Part shown: positions 9,481-17,272 of the stretch, one piece after another
How the letters are laid out: every line of letters starts with the position of its first letter
How positions within the stretch are numbered: position 1 is the stretch's first letter
IMG/VR virus record: IMGVR_UViG_3300048796_000033
Span: 1 to 44,908 of that record
Strand: one strand, 5' to 3'
From: a virus
Lineage: Duplodnaviria > Caudoviricetes
Length of the DNA: 44,908 nt
Position numbers and translations under genes: made by a program
Notes under the pieces: model-generated
The model's database searches: none
Told to the model about the DNA's origin: nothing
Seen by the model: the letters and a program-made list of their open reading frames with translations, nothing else

Positions 9481-9768
9481 TCAGATAAGAGAGGCGCGGG
9501 CCAGGACTTTCAAATCTTCCGGTGCGTGAGACGCTCGGGGGTCTTTCGCCGCCATCCCTTGCGCCACAATCTCGGGTATACGTTGCGCGATGGCGGCGCC
9601 CATGACCGCCCGTTGTAACATTTTCATGGTGGAGAAATGGTAATTGACGAGGCCACACGATATGCCGAGCGCCGCCGCCACCTTTTCGCGCCGGATATTC
9701 TGGTACCCGTCCGCTTTCGCGTGCTGGATTGCCATGTCGAGAATTGCGGTTTTATTTTTGTTAGACAT
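9481..9768 (-). CDS. TetR-like HTH DNA-binding protein
   Basis: AILDMA...GYQNIRREKVAAALGISCGLVNYHF matches the TetR N-terminal HTH. Confidence 0.8.
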   Translation of the reverse strand: MSNKNKTAILDMAIQHAKADGYQNIRREKVAAALGISCGLVNYHFSTMKMLQRAVMGAAIAQRIPEIVAQGMAAKDPRASHAPEDLKVLARASLI

Positions 9769-11263
9769 TTAAATAGCTTTCGATAAAGACTTGAGCTTGG
9801 ATAGCATTGATGGCGTTTCCGTAGGCGCGTGTTTTCCCCGATCTGTTGCTTATGTTTTTCGCAAGAGGGAAGGTATCGCAGGCATTCTTGAGTTTGGTTT
9901 CAGGCCAAGCCGAACATGCGTTTTGTGCCAGAATTGATGACAGTAAATGCAGAGGGTCTGTAGATTCTCGTCGGTATTGTTCGTCCAGTTCTCGTCTACG
10001 TGATGCACCTGTAGACGAGTCGTCGTACCACAACACTCGCAGGAGGGTTTCCGTTTCTTGCGGGCTTGGGCGTGAAATGCCTTGCGAGACAATCCCCCTT
10101 TGAGTCTCGAATTGGCGCAAGAAAGCGAGCAAAACCGGCGCTTCAAGTACGCTTGAAAGTCTTCCAGTCTCCCTGACTCGTTGCGCTTCCGGCTCAAGCG
10201 AGCGTCGCACATCAGACAACGCTTTTCCGATGTTTCTTTGATGTTCTATCGACCAGTCATTTATTTCTTTCTCGATTTTTTCAACGGTTCCGGGGCACAG
10301 TTCCCCCAGGCTTCGGGTAGACCCATCAACCATCTGCTTAAAGCCGGGTTGAACGGGGCGCCAGTAACCGTCTCGACAGGGAATCCAATCGGCGGCGGCC
10401 CAATAACCTCGGGTTGCTCCGTACTGCCGTGCGAGTCTGGAAACCCTCTCTTGTTCGCTCTCGGTGTTGACCATTCCAACAAGTTCCGGACGCTGTCCGT
10501 ATATCGATTGTTCCCCGCCTGATGACCGTTCGTATTGCTCGGACATGTCGGCGTGTTCCACGCTGCCAGAAACGCCTGCCTCGGCAACTGATCCGCTCGT
10601 TCTTTTCCGTCGCGCTGCGCAGTCATCCCCGGCGAGTCGGGACTGGAAGGACTCGCCGGGGTCACCCAGCTTGCTAAGGCAACTATCTGAGTTAGGGGTT
10701 TCCCTGAATCTTGAGGTCGAGCATCTTTCACACCCCGTGTCGCATCCTGAACAGTTGGGGTCGGCCACCCAGTAAGCGCGCTCTCTTCGATGCGGCCCCC
10801 CGACGCTACAAGACGGGAATGCGATCGCCCCGAAGGCATAACCCACGGCTTCCAGGTCAGTTTGTACAAGGTCGACCCAAGGTTCAACAGCCTTTGCCGC
10901 AACTTGTTCTCCAAAGACGACTGGAGGGTTGCACTGTTCGATGAGGTGATAGAAAGCTGGCCATAAGTGCCGCTCGTCATTGAATCCACCGCCTTTACCT
11001 GCCGAGCTGAAAGGCTGGCACGGGCAACTTCCCGTCCAAACTGGTCGAGAATCTGGCCACCCGGCCCCGCGTAAAGCGAGAGACCAGACGCCGATTCCGG
11101 CAAAGAAGTGGCACTGCGTGTAGCCGATAAGGTCATAGGGGGTAACATCCTCAATACTGCGTTCATCAACGTCGCCGGGAGCAATCAGACCGGCGGCTAT
11201 CAGGTTCCGTAACCATTGCGCGGCGTAAGGGTCAATCTCATTGTAATAGGCACGAGCGCTCAA
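9761..11263 (-). CDS. C5 cytosine DNA methyltransferase, catalytic (alpha-type) polypeptide
   Basis: Motif I FFAGIG, IV GSCPCQPFS, VI GEQV, VIII HRRERAYWV, X RAYGNAI; no motif IX in this frame. Confidence 0.9.
   Translation of the reverse strand: MSARAYYNEIDPYAAQWLRNLIAAGLIAPGDVDERSIEDVTPYDLIGYTQCHFFAGIGVWSLALRGAGWPDSRPVWTGSCPCQPFSSAGKGGGFNDERHLWPAFYHLIEQCNPPVVFGEQVAAKAVEPWVDLVQTDLEAVGYAFGAIAFPSCSVGGPHRRERAYWVADPNCSGCDTGCERCSTSRFRETPNSDSCLSKLGDPGESFQSRLAGDDCAARRKRTSGSVAEAGVSGSVEHADMSEQYERSSGGEQSIYGQRPELVGMVNTESEQERVSRLARQYGATRGYWAAADWIPCRDGYWRPVQPGFKQMVDGSTRSLGELCPGTVEKIEKEINDWSIEHQRNIGKALSDVRRSLEPEAQRVRETGRLSSVLEAPVLLAFLRQFETQRGIVSQGISRPSPQETETLLRVLWYDDSSTGASRRRELDEQYRRESTDPLHLLSSILAQNACSAWPETKLKNACDTFPLAKNISNRSGKTRAYGNAINAIQAQVFIESYLNV
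9850..10260 (-). CDS. HNH endonuclease nested in the +1 frame of the C5 MTase; in-frame TAG at codon 5 (possible pseudogene, or restart at ATG 10212)
   Basis: MTGR*NIKETSEKRCLMC...RRFCSLSC...CECCG...LQVHHVDENWTNNTDENLQTLCIYCHQFWH. Confidence 0.8.
10261..10980 (-). CDS. C5 MTase beta-type polypeptide (TRD modules plus motif IX) in the alternative frame
   Basis: ORF open 11184-10261; four W-x-T-P modules; motif IX-like FNPALSRWLMGLPEAW; candidate ATG 10980 with GGTGGA upstream; M.EcoHK31I-like organisation. Confidence 0.8.
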   Translation of the reverse strand: MTSGTYGQLSITSSNSATLQSSLENKLRQRLLNLGSTLYKLTWKPWVMPSGRSHSRLVASGGRIEESALTGWPTPTVQDATRGVKDARPQDSGKPLTQIVALASWVTPASPSSPDSPGMTAQRDGKERADQLPRQAFLAAWNTPTCPSNTNGHQAGNNRYTDSVRNLLEWSTPRANKRGFPDSHGSTEQPEVIGPPPIGFPVETVTGAPFNPALSRWLMGLPEAWGNCAPEPLKKSRKK

Positions 11264-11742
11264 AGCGTACCCTCACCAGAGCAGAACGCCGCGTCGCCGC
11301 CGAGCGAGATAATAAGTTGCGCCCACTCCAGTTGCGGCCCTTCGCGCGCAGGGTCTTCCCCGAACGTCCAACGAGAATGTTTGCATTCACGCGACACAAA
11401 GCGCCCACGTGGCTGCCCAACCTCGGCTAACGTAATCGGACGAGAGTCAATGCCGATCAGATCGCCGCTCTTGAGGACGGTGTTGCGCGCCTTGGAGTCA
11501 TTCGCCAGTCCGTAGCGCACTGGGCGCCCTGTTAAATCCTTGAGCGCGCCGACATTATTTCGGTATAAGCGGACGCCTTTTATCGCTCCCTCAAGCACGA
11601 CCCGAGATTGCACGCGGCCTTCCGATTCGTCGGTATCGGAACCGTTGAAGGCAGGACGGTCAACGTCGCCCCACATGGCGCGCAGTTCGATCAGAGCGTC
11701 CATGCCTACGTGATGCCGTAAAGCCCATTCATATAAAGTCAT
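11260..11742 (-). CDS. VRR-NUC family nuclease
   Basis: ESEGRVQ, LYRNNVG, SGDLIGI, SRECK, QLEW and GGDAAF motifs. Confidence 0.85.
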   Translation of the reverse strand: MTLYEWALRHHVGMDALIELRAMWGDVDRPAFNGSDTDESEGRVQSRVVLEGAIKGVRLYRNNVGALKDLTGRPVRYGLANDSKARNTVLKSGDLIGIDSRPITLAEVGQPRGRFVSRECKHSRWTFGEDPAREGPQLEWAQLIISLGGDAAFCSGEGTL

Positions 11743-11918
11743 TTGCGGGCTTCCCGAATAGATACGTCTGATATGTAGTTGCCCATAGCGAGCGGCACTA
11801 AAGGTTTTTGTTCGATGGTCAGAACAAACCCGAGAGCTTCCGACTCGGCAATTAAATTAATTGCTTTTAGACGGAGTAGGAATTTTTGGTGCGCTTTCAG
11901 GTACGTTTCGTTATCCAT
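11739..11918 (-). CDS. Hypothetical protein (59 aa; not in ORF track)
   Basis: MDNETYLKAHQK...VLTIEQKPLVPLAMGNY...ARK*; GAGG SD; ATGA overlap with VRR-NUC. Confidence 0.7.
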   Translation of the reverse strand: MDNETYLKAHQKFLLRLKAINLIAESEALGFVLTIEQKPLVPLAMGNYISDVSIREARK

Positions 11919-11920
11919 AG

Positions 11921-13795
11921 TTATTGCCTCTTCAAAAGTTGCACCGAGTTTATATTTAAACTGACGGTTGCGTCAATATTATTTAGGGCCAAGTGAGCAC
12001 TTATTTTTCCGACCCACTCCCACATTTCGCGCGCAGGCAAGGTTTGGATGGTGCCAACGTCGGTACCGAACGTAATAAAAAATTCCCGCCATTGTTCGGC
12101 GCGGTCTGTGATGCCTCGTGCGTCAAGGTACCCACCGTACCAGGCAAGCGCCCCAACGACGGCCACGTGCGCCTGGCGCTTCTCGTGCGCGATGTTGTAC
12201 AAGCGCCCGATGATGGCATCTGACGCCCCGAACGGTGTGGCGTACGCCTCGTTCTTAATGCCTTCAATCTTGGCGTACATTTGCGCCAGCATCGCCGCAT
12301 CCAGCTCGTTCAAATCGCCCTCGACCATTTCTGGTGCGGATCGATCTGCCGGCAACGGTACCGGGAAGTCGCAGTGCGGGCAGGCGACGCGGAAGCGTTC
12401 AAAAGGTTGGTCGCATATGGTACCGGTACCACCGTACTTGTGTACGACCCCGTCTATTTTCTCAAACGTGCCGCCGACGTTCAGGTTCGAACAGAAGCGG
12501 AAAGGGATTGCGTCGGTCGGCCCCGCATCAGTACGCCCGACTCGACGGTCAAGGGTCCACTCGCGGTGGCATAAGTCCATAACGAGCGTGCCGAGCCACG
12601 GATCCACGCGCATGACGGCGTGCCGGAAGACGTTACCGACATGGTCAATAATTACAAAGTGGGGTTTTGGACCGGTGGCAATGTGCGCCCGGCGTTGCTC
12701 GTCTGTCCTCTCGTCCCACGTCGCTTGCGTAGCGTCGTCTAGCATGACGCGGCCGGGGCGTAAAGACTGTTGGACGAACAGCGAGAACGATTCGGTCTTT
12801 CGCGCCAGGCTGACAACCTCGGCGGCCGGAAAGTCTACACCCTCCCCGAGCAGGTCCACGTTGACGAGCTGCAAGACTTGCCGGTTTTCGAAGCGGGCAA
12901 AAATATCGTTGCGTAAATCCTCGGGAGTGTCAGCGTGGACGACCTCGGCCGGCACCCCCGCCAGTTTGAAAGCTACGGCTATCTCGACCGCCGAGGCCAC
13001 GTCGACGGCAAACGTAATGCCAAGCTTACCTGGCGTGATGCGCAGGTAATGTTTGACTACGTCTCCCACGAACGTATCAGAGGCGTGGACTGCCTGGCAT
13101 AACTTGGCGTGGACCAGCTCCCCGGAAGGCCCTACCGGTACGGTGGTGTAGTCGATATCCGAGGGAGCCGTAAAAATGCGGTAATCGGTCAAGTACCCCA
13201 TGTGGATTAGTTCGCGCAGACTGGGCGCTTCAACCATGACGTCAGCCAGCCCGTCACTGTGAGAGCCGAGGCCGTTACCATCAGCGCGACTCGGTGTGGC
13301 TGACACGAGCAGCCCGCGCACATGTTCACTTGTGAACAATTTTACGGCACGCCCCCATTGGTTCTCTTTAAGAAAGTGGTGCCCCTCGTCTCCCACCCAT
13401 TTAGTAACCTGGCAGATCCACGGCCACTCTGGGGAGTCTTTCGTCTTGCGTGCCAGGGTACCAACGCCAGCCACACCGATCAGGGCGTTCGGGTCAACGA
13501 AATGACGGCCGAGTTTTTTAAGGTGCGAACGCTTGGCCGCTTTGGCCGTATCATCAGAGCCGATGATGCGGTGGCGCACCCCGTTGCGTGCGAGAGACAG
13601 GGAAATTTGCGTAACTAATTTGTCGCGGTGGGCGATGACACAACCGGCGCCGACGTGTTTGCGCATGACTTCGGAAAACACAACAGTCTTACCAGCGCCA
13701 CACGGCGCCACGGCAAAAACGACTTTGAAAAATAAGGACCAGGCTTGTTCGATTCGGGAAATAAGAGACGCTTGATAGGGACGGAGCGTAGGCAT
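11921..13795 (-). CDS. SF2 (DExH, ResIII-like) helicase with C-terminal Cys zinc motif
   Basis: LRPYQ, APCGAGKT, DEGHH, SATP, EGVDFP, IDHVGN and CPHC motifs. Confidence 0.92.
   Translation of the reverse strand: MPTLRPYQASLISRIEQAWSLFFKVVFAVAPCGAGKTVVFSEVMRKHVGAGCVIAHRDKLVTQISLSLARNGVRHRIIGSDDTAKAAKRSHLKKLGRHFVDPNALIGVAGVGTLARKTKDSPEWPWICQVTKWVGDEGHHFLKENQWGRAVKLFTSEHVRGLLVSATPSRADGNGLGSHSDGLADVMVEAPSLRELIHMGYLTDYRIFTAPSDIDYTTVPVGPSGELVHAKLCQAVHASDTFVGDVVKHYLRITPGKLGITFAVDVASAVEIAVAFKLAGVPAEVVHADTPEDLRNDIFARFENRQVLQLVNVDLLGEGVDFPAAEVVSLARKTESFSLFVQQSLRPGRVMLDDATQATWDERTDEQRRAHIATGPKPHFVIIDHVGNVFRHAVMRVDPWLGTLVMDLCHREWTLDRRVGRTDAGPTDAIPFRFCSNLNVGGTFEKIDGVVHKYGGTGTICDQPFERFRVACPHCDFPVPLPADRSAPEMVEGDLNELDAAMLAQMYAKIEGIKNEAYATPFGASDAIIGRLYNIAHEKRQAHVAVVGALAWYGGYLDARGITDRAEQWREFFITFGTDVGTIQTLPAREMWEWVGKISAHLALNNIDATVSLNINSVQLLKRQ
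11947..11976 (-). promoter_or_regulatory. Promoter TTGACG-N18-TAAACT with operator TGACG-N4-CGTCA, inside the helicase 3' end
   Basis: Minus strand TTGACGcaaCCGTCAGTTtAAatATAaacT parallels 13818-13847. Confidence 0.6.
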
Positions 13796-13817
13796 GGAAA
13801 AATATTTTCTAAAAAAG

Positions 13818-13847
13818 TTGACGGTGCCGTCAGTTCAAGCATATTAT
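13818..13847 (+). promoter_or_regulatory. Promoter TTGACG-N18-TATTAT with operator TGACGG-TG-CCGTCA
   Basis: In the divergent intergenic region, upstream of the GAGGA SD and ATG at 13890. Confidence 0.7.
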
Positions 13848-13889
13848 TGCACCGTTGCACAAACCGATCAATATTTTTCTGAGGATAAA

Positions 13890-14786
13890 ATGATTAAAAT
13901 TGAAGTGACTGACCCGGCGCTACTGAGTGACCGGGAATTAAAAAGCCTCGGAGAATTTTTTAATTCTCTGGCCGGTATCGCTGCCCCCGAACGAGAGGCC
14001 GTGTCTTATTTGAGTATGCCGATCCCCACAAATTTAGTAGCATCACATACCCACGCCCGCATCGACCAAATAATTACTTCGCAAGTCGAGTCCGTCGCGA
14101 AGGCTATCGATAACGACGATAACCCCGGCACCGGTGCCGAGACCGAGGAAGACAAAGCTTTCCGTGAAATGGCGAAAGCTTTCGGGGGTACTGGGATTGG
14201 AGGCGAAACTGAATCTATCCCAAAGTCTTCGGCAATACCTCACCCCGCTTGGCCGTTCCCGACTCTTGCATCTTCCCTTACGGCTGCCCCTTTGGCTGCA
14301 CCGGTACCGAATGCCGGGAACGCCGACCTTGACGCTGCTGGCCTACCTTGGGACGGTCGCATACATTCAAGCGGCAAGAAAAAGAATAAGGGAGACGAGT
14401 TGTGGACAGCGAAACGCGGCGTACCCCCCGCGCTCGTTGTTGCAGTTGAAACCGAGTTGCGGGCATTAATGGCGCTCCCAAACGTAGGTGGCAACATACC
14501 GTCGATACCCGTCCCCGGCGTAGCCGCTACGACTTCGGCCGCCATACGTCTGCCTGCCGAAGTTCCGGTACCCGGGCTTGTCGCGGCTGCGCTTCCCCTA
14601 CCAAATAGCGTTACGACTTTTGCGCAACTGGCGCCACGCGTCATGTCAGCGACAGCACAGGGCACGTTCACGCATGCCGATGTGGCCGCTGCTTGTAAAG
14701 CGTGTGGGTTGCCTAACTTCCCAAGTTTGGCCGCTCGTGAGGATTATGTGCCAGCAGTGTTTAAACTTCTTTTTCCGAACGGCTGA
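13890..14786 (+). CDS. Conserved phage replication-module protein, Pro/Ala-rich
   Basis: GAGGA SD; DAAGLPWDGRIHSS motif; precedes the nuclease and SSB genes. Confidence 0.75.
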   Translation: MIKIEVTDPALLSDRELKSLGEFFNSLAGIAAPEREAVSYLSMPIPTNLVASHTHARIDQIITSQVESVAKAIDNDDNPGTGAETEEDKAFREMAKAFGGTGIGGETESIPKSSAIPHPAWPFPTLASSLTAAPLAAPVPNAGNADLDAAGLPWDGRIHSSGKKKNKGDELWTAKRGVPPALVVAVETELRALMALPNVGGNIPSIPVPGVAATTSAAIRLPAEVPVPGLVAAALPLPNSVTTFAQLAPRVMSATAQGTFTHADVAAACKACGLPNFPSLAAREDYVPAVFKLLFPNG

Positions 14787-14788
14787 TT

Positions 14789-14896
14789 ATGAAAATCGAG
14801 AAAATACCGGACGAAGCGATACCGACGGCCGCTCTCGTTAAGGCATCGTTAAGCGTCATTGACGAAGTGCTCAAACAGACAGGTCTTGTAGAATGA
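14789..14896 (+). CDS. Small hypothetical protein (35 aa; not in ORF track)
   Basis: MKIEKIPDEAIPTAALVKASLSVIDEVLKQTGLVE*; exactly fills the gap; ATGA overlap with the next gene. Confidence 0.5.
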   Translation: MKIEKIPDEAIPTAALVKASLSVIDEVLKQTGLVE

Positions 14897-16026
14897 GCGG
14901 GCAACACGCATTCTTACCACCATCCGGCGCGGCAATTTGGGTGAAATGCGCCGCCGCGCCAACCATGTGGCGGCGATATCCCGAAGCGTCCGATAAGGTC
15001 GAGGCCATAGAAGGGGAGGGCGCGCACTGGGCATGTGAGGAAATGCAAGCCGGACGAGTGATCGATGTGGGTCTTGTCGCACCTAATGGCGTGGTGCTTA
15101 CCGAGGAAATGGTCGAAGGCGCGGAGTTGTATTTTGGTGAAATACTTGACGTTCTTGCCCGATACGCCGCGTTTCCTCGTCCCACTCTTCAAGTAGAGCA
15201 ACGCGTAACCATGCCGAGCATCCACCCGGAAAATTGGGGCACGCCAGATACTTGGTTTTGGGTAGACAAAGCAAAGCACCTGTACCTTTTTGACTACAAG
15301 TTCGGTCACGATTACGTGGACGAGTACGAAAACTGGCAGCTGATGGACTACGCGTCAGGCATTCTCGACATGCTCGGCATTGACGGCCACGAAGACCAGC
15401 GCACCACGGTAACTCTTACCATCGTTCAGCCTCGTTGCTTCGGGCACGGCGACCCGGTGCGACGTCTGACGGTTAGAGCGTCTGAGCTGCGCGCGTCGTT
15501 CAATATTCTACGCATGGCGGCCGAGGCAGCGACGGCACCAAATCCGGTCGCGACGGTTAACGCCAAATGCAAACACTGTGCGGGGCGTCATGCCTGTGAA
15601 GTGTTGCAGCGCTCGGCATATGAGGGAATGGCCTTGTCTAAAGTGTCGGTACCAGTGGATCTGCCGGCGCCAGCTCTCGGGCTTGAGTTGGCTATGCTTA
15701 AACGCGCAATGGAAGCAATGAAGGCCCGCGTGTCTGGTTTGGAAGAATCGGTCTTTGCGGCGGTCCAGCGCGGCGAACGTGTGCCGGGTTGGTTCGTCGA
15801 ATACTCGTCAGGCCGTCAGATATTTAACCGGCCCGCCTCTGAGGTTATCGCTCTCGGTGAACTAATGGGCATACCTCTCGGCAAGCAAGCGACAGTTACC
15901 CCGAAACAAGCTATCAAACTCGGCATCCCCGAGTCAATTATTACCGCCGTATCTGAAGTCCCACGCGGTGCACCTAAACTGGTCGCCGACAATTTAACTG
16001 CAATGAGAAAGGTATTTTCGAAATGA
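14893..16026 (+). CDS. Cas4-like PD-(D/E)xK exonuclease (DUF2800-like)
   Basis: HAFLPPSGA.W..C, EGEGAH, WGTPD, DYKFG, NWQL and CKHC...C motifs. Confidence 0.88.
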   Translation: MSGQHAFLPPSGAAIWVKCAAAPTMWRRYPEASDKVEAIEGEGAHWACEEMQAGRVIDVGLVAPNGVVLTEEMVEGAELYFGEILDVLARYAAFPRPTLQVEQRVTMPSIHPENWGTPDTWFWVDKAKHLYLFDYKFGHDYVDEYENWQLMDYASGILDMLGIDGHEDQRTTVTLTIVQPRCFGHGDPVRRLTVRASELRASFNILRMAAEAATAPNPVATVNAKCKHCAGRHACEVLQRSAYEGMALSKVSVPVDLPAPALGLELAMLKRAMEAMKARVSGLEESVFAAVQRGERVPGWFVEYSSGRQIFNRPASEVIALGELMGIPLGKQATVTPKQAIKLGIPESIITAVSEVPRGAPKLVADNLTAMRKVFSK

Positions 16027-17090
16027 GTAAAACGCAAATTAACATCACTACCCCGGTAGGCCGCATTGTAGGCGGTTCCCTATACGACGCGAAAACCACA
16101 GACTCCAAAGGTGCACCGCTCGTGTTCAAGTCAGGTCCGAACGTCGGGCAGCCACGCACTGAGTATTCAATCGGTGTGGCTTTCCCTAAGACCCCAGGCG
16201 TGACGCACTGGGCGCAAGAGGCTTGGTTGCAGCCTGTTTGGAATATGGCGCACGCTGCATTCCCGGCTGGCGAAGCGAAGCACCGCGACTTCAGTTGGAA
16301 GATTACGGACGGCGACTCAATCGAGCCGAACAAGAAGCAAAAGCGCCCGTGCGACCAAGAGGGCTACAAAGGGCACTGGGTGATCTGGTTCACTGACGCC
16401 AGCAAAGCGCCCCGCGTGTGTGACGCCAAAGGTACCGCACTTATCCTTGAGCGCAACGTCGTCAAACCGGGCTACTACGTGCAAGTGTCGGGAGTCGTGG
16501 ACGACAATAAACCGAGCGAGTCGCCCGGCCTGTACTGGCAGCCGTCCTTCGTGGCCTTCGCGGGTCATGGCGTCGAAATTAATTTCGGCCCAAGCTTGGC
16601 CGAGGCTGGATTCGGGAACGCGGCGTTGCCTGCTGGTGCCAGTCCTGTACCTTTGGGCGGCATGGCTGTCCCTGGCGTTCCCGCTCTACCGGCACCGGCC
16701 ATGCCTGCGGCAACGGTTAAAGTAATGACCGCTAAAGCCGGCGCGTTAAAGTATGAAGACTTTGTTAAACCGGGCAGCCCTTGGACCGACACATTGCTTA
16801 TTTCCGAGGGTTATATGGAAGCATCGGCGGCCACACCGCTCCCTTTGCAGAGCGCGGTTGGTTTTGTGCCGACGCCTGGCACCCCTGCCCCGATTGCACC
16901 TGTTCCCGTAATCGCTAATCCTGCGATGGCGGCAATACCGGTACCCGGCGCGGCGGCTGCCATCCCCTCACCTGGGCCGGTTGCACGAACTATGACGGCG
17001 GCGGCAGGCGGCTATACGTACGAGCAATTGATTGCGACGGGTAAGTGGACCGACGCCCTGTTAATACAAAACGGCTTGATGTTGGCGTAA
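16023..17090 (+). CDS. ssDNA-binding protein-like (DUF2815-like) with Pro/Ala tail and a duplicated C-terminal module
   Basis: TPVGRIV, WKITDGD and PGYYVQV motifs; position between nuclease and polymerase. Confidence 0.7.
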   Translation: MSKTQINITTPVGRIVGGSLYDAKTTDSKGAPLVFKSGPNVGQPRTEYSIGVAFPKTPGVTHWAQEAWLQPVWNMAHAAFPAGEAKHRDFSWKITDGDSIEPNKKQKRPCDQEGYKGHWVIWFTDASKAPRVCDAKGTALILERNVVKPGYYVQVSGVVDDNKPSESPGLYWQPSFVAFAGHGVEINFGPSLAEAGFGNAALPAGASPVPLGGMAVPGVPALPAPAMPAATVKVMTAKAGALKYEDFVKPGSPWTDTLLISEGYMEASAATPLPLQSAVGFVPTPGTPAPIAPVPVIANPAMAAIPVPGAAAAIPSPGPVARTMTAAAGGYTYEQLIATGKWTDALLIQNGLMLA

Positions 17091-17104
17091 CGGGCATAAC
17101 ACGG

Positions 17105-17257
17105 GGTTCCTATCCTTAACCGCGTTTGGTCACGTGGGACACAGGCCGAGAATGTTAACCGTCGCCTACCGTGAAAGCATTCATCGGGCGGCGGGTTGCC
17201 TACATAAACACGCGGGAACCGGCAACTGAACAGCGGGAATTCTCGGCAATCGACCAA
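17105..17257 (+). ncRNA. Candidate structured intergenic RNA
   Basis: Nested helices ttggtc/gaccaa, gccgagaat/attctcggc, ccgtcgcc/ggcggcgg and gttgcc/ggcaac. Confidence 0.5.
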
Positions 17258-17272
17258 TTTTAAAGGACGGGT

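Noticed and set aside
9467-9658. N-terminal 64-aa extension of the primase ORF
   Set aside because: It overlaps the TetR-like gene; MQFLPEAL at 9466 is the more plausible start
10246-10248. Genome-wide TAG recoding
   Set aside because: TAG terminates several genes normally (e.g. polymerase at 20212, chaperone at 35079) and long genes are uninterrupted in the standard code
9850-10260. HNH segment as a group I intron or intein
   Set aside because: There is no flanking non-coding room for a ribozyme core and no recognisable intein splice motifs (C-terminal His-Asn) in the alpha frame; not formally excluded without RT-PCR
12048-13049. Long antisense ORFs (333 aa here; also 3480-4136, 19091-19702, 41561-42199)
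   Set aside because: They lie opposite well-supported genes, lack motifs and are expected in GC-rich coding DNA
13794-13889. Upstream start of the 330-aa ORF
   Set aside because: It runs through the promoter; the GAGGA SD supports ATG 13890
14893-16026. Cas4-like gene as a sign of a CRISPR system
   Set aside because: No repeat-spacer array or other cas genes; this is a routine phage replication nuclease
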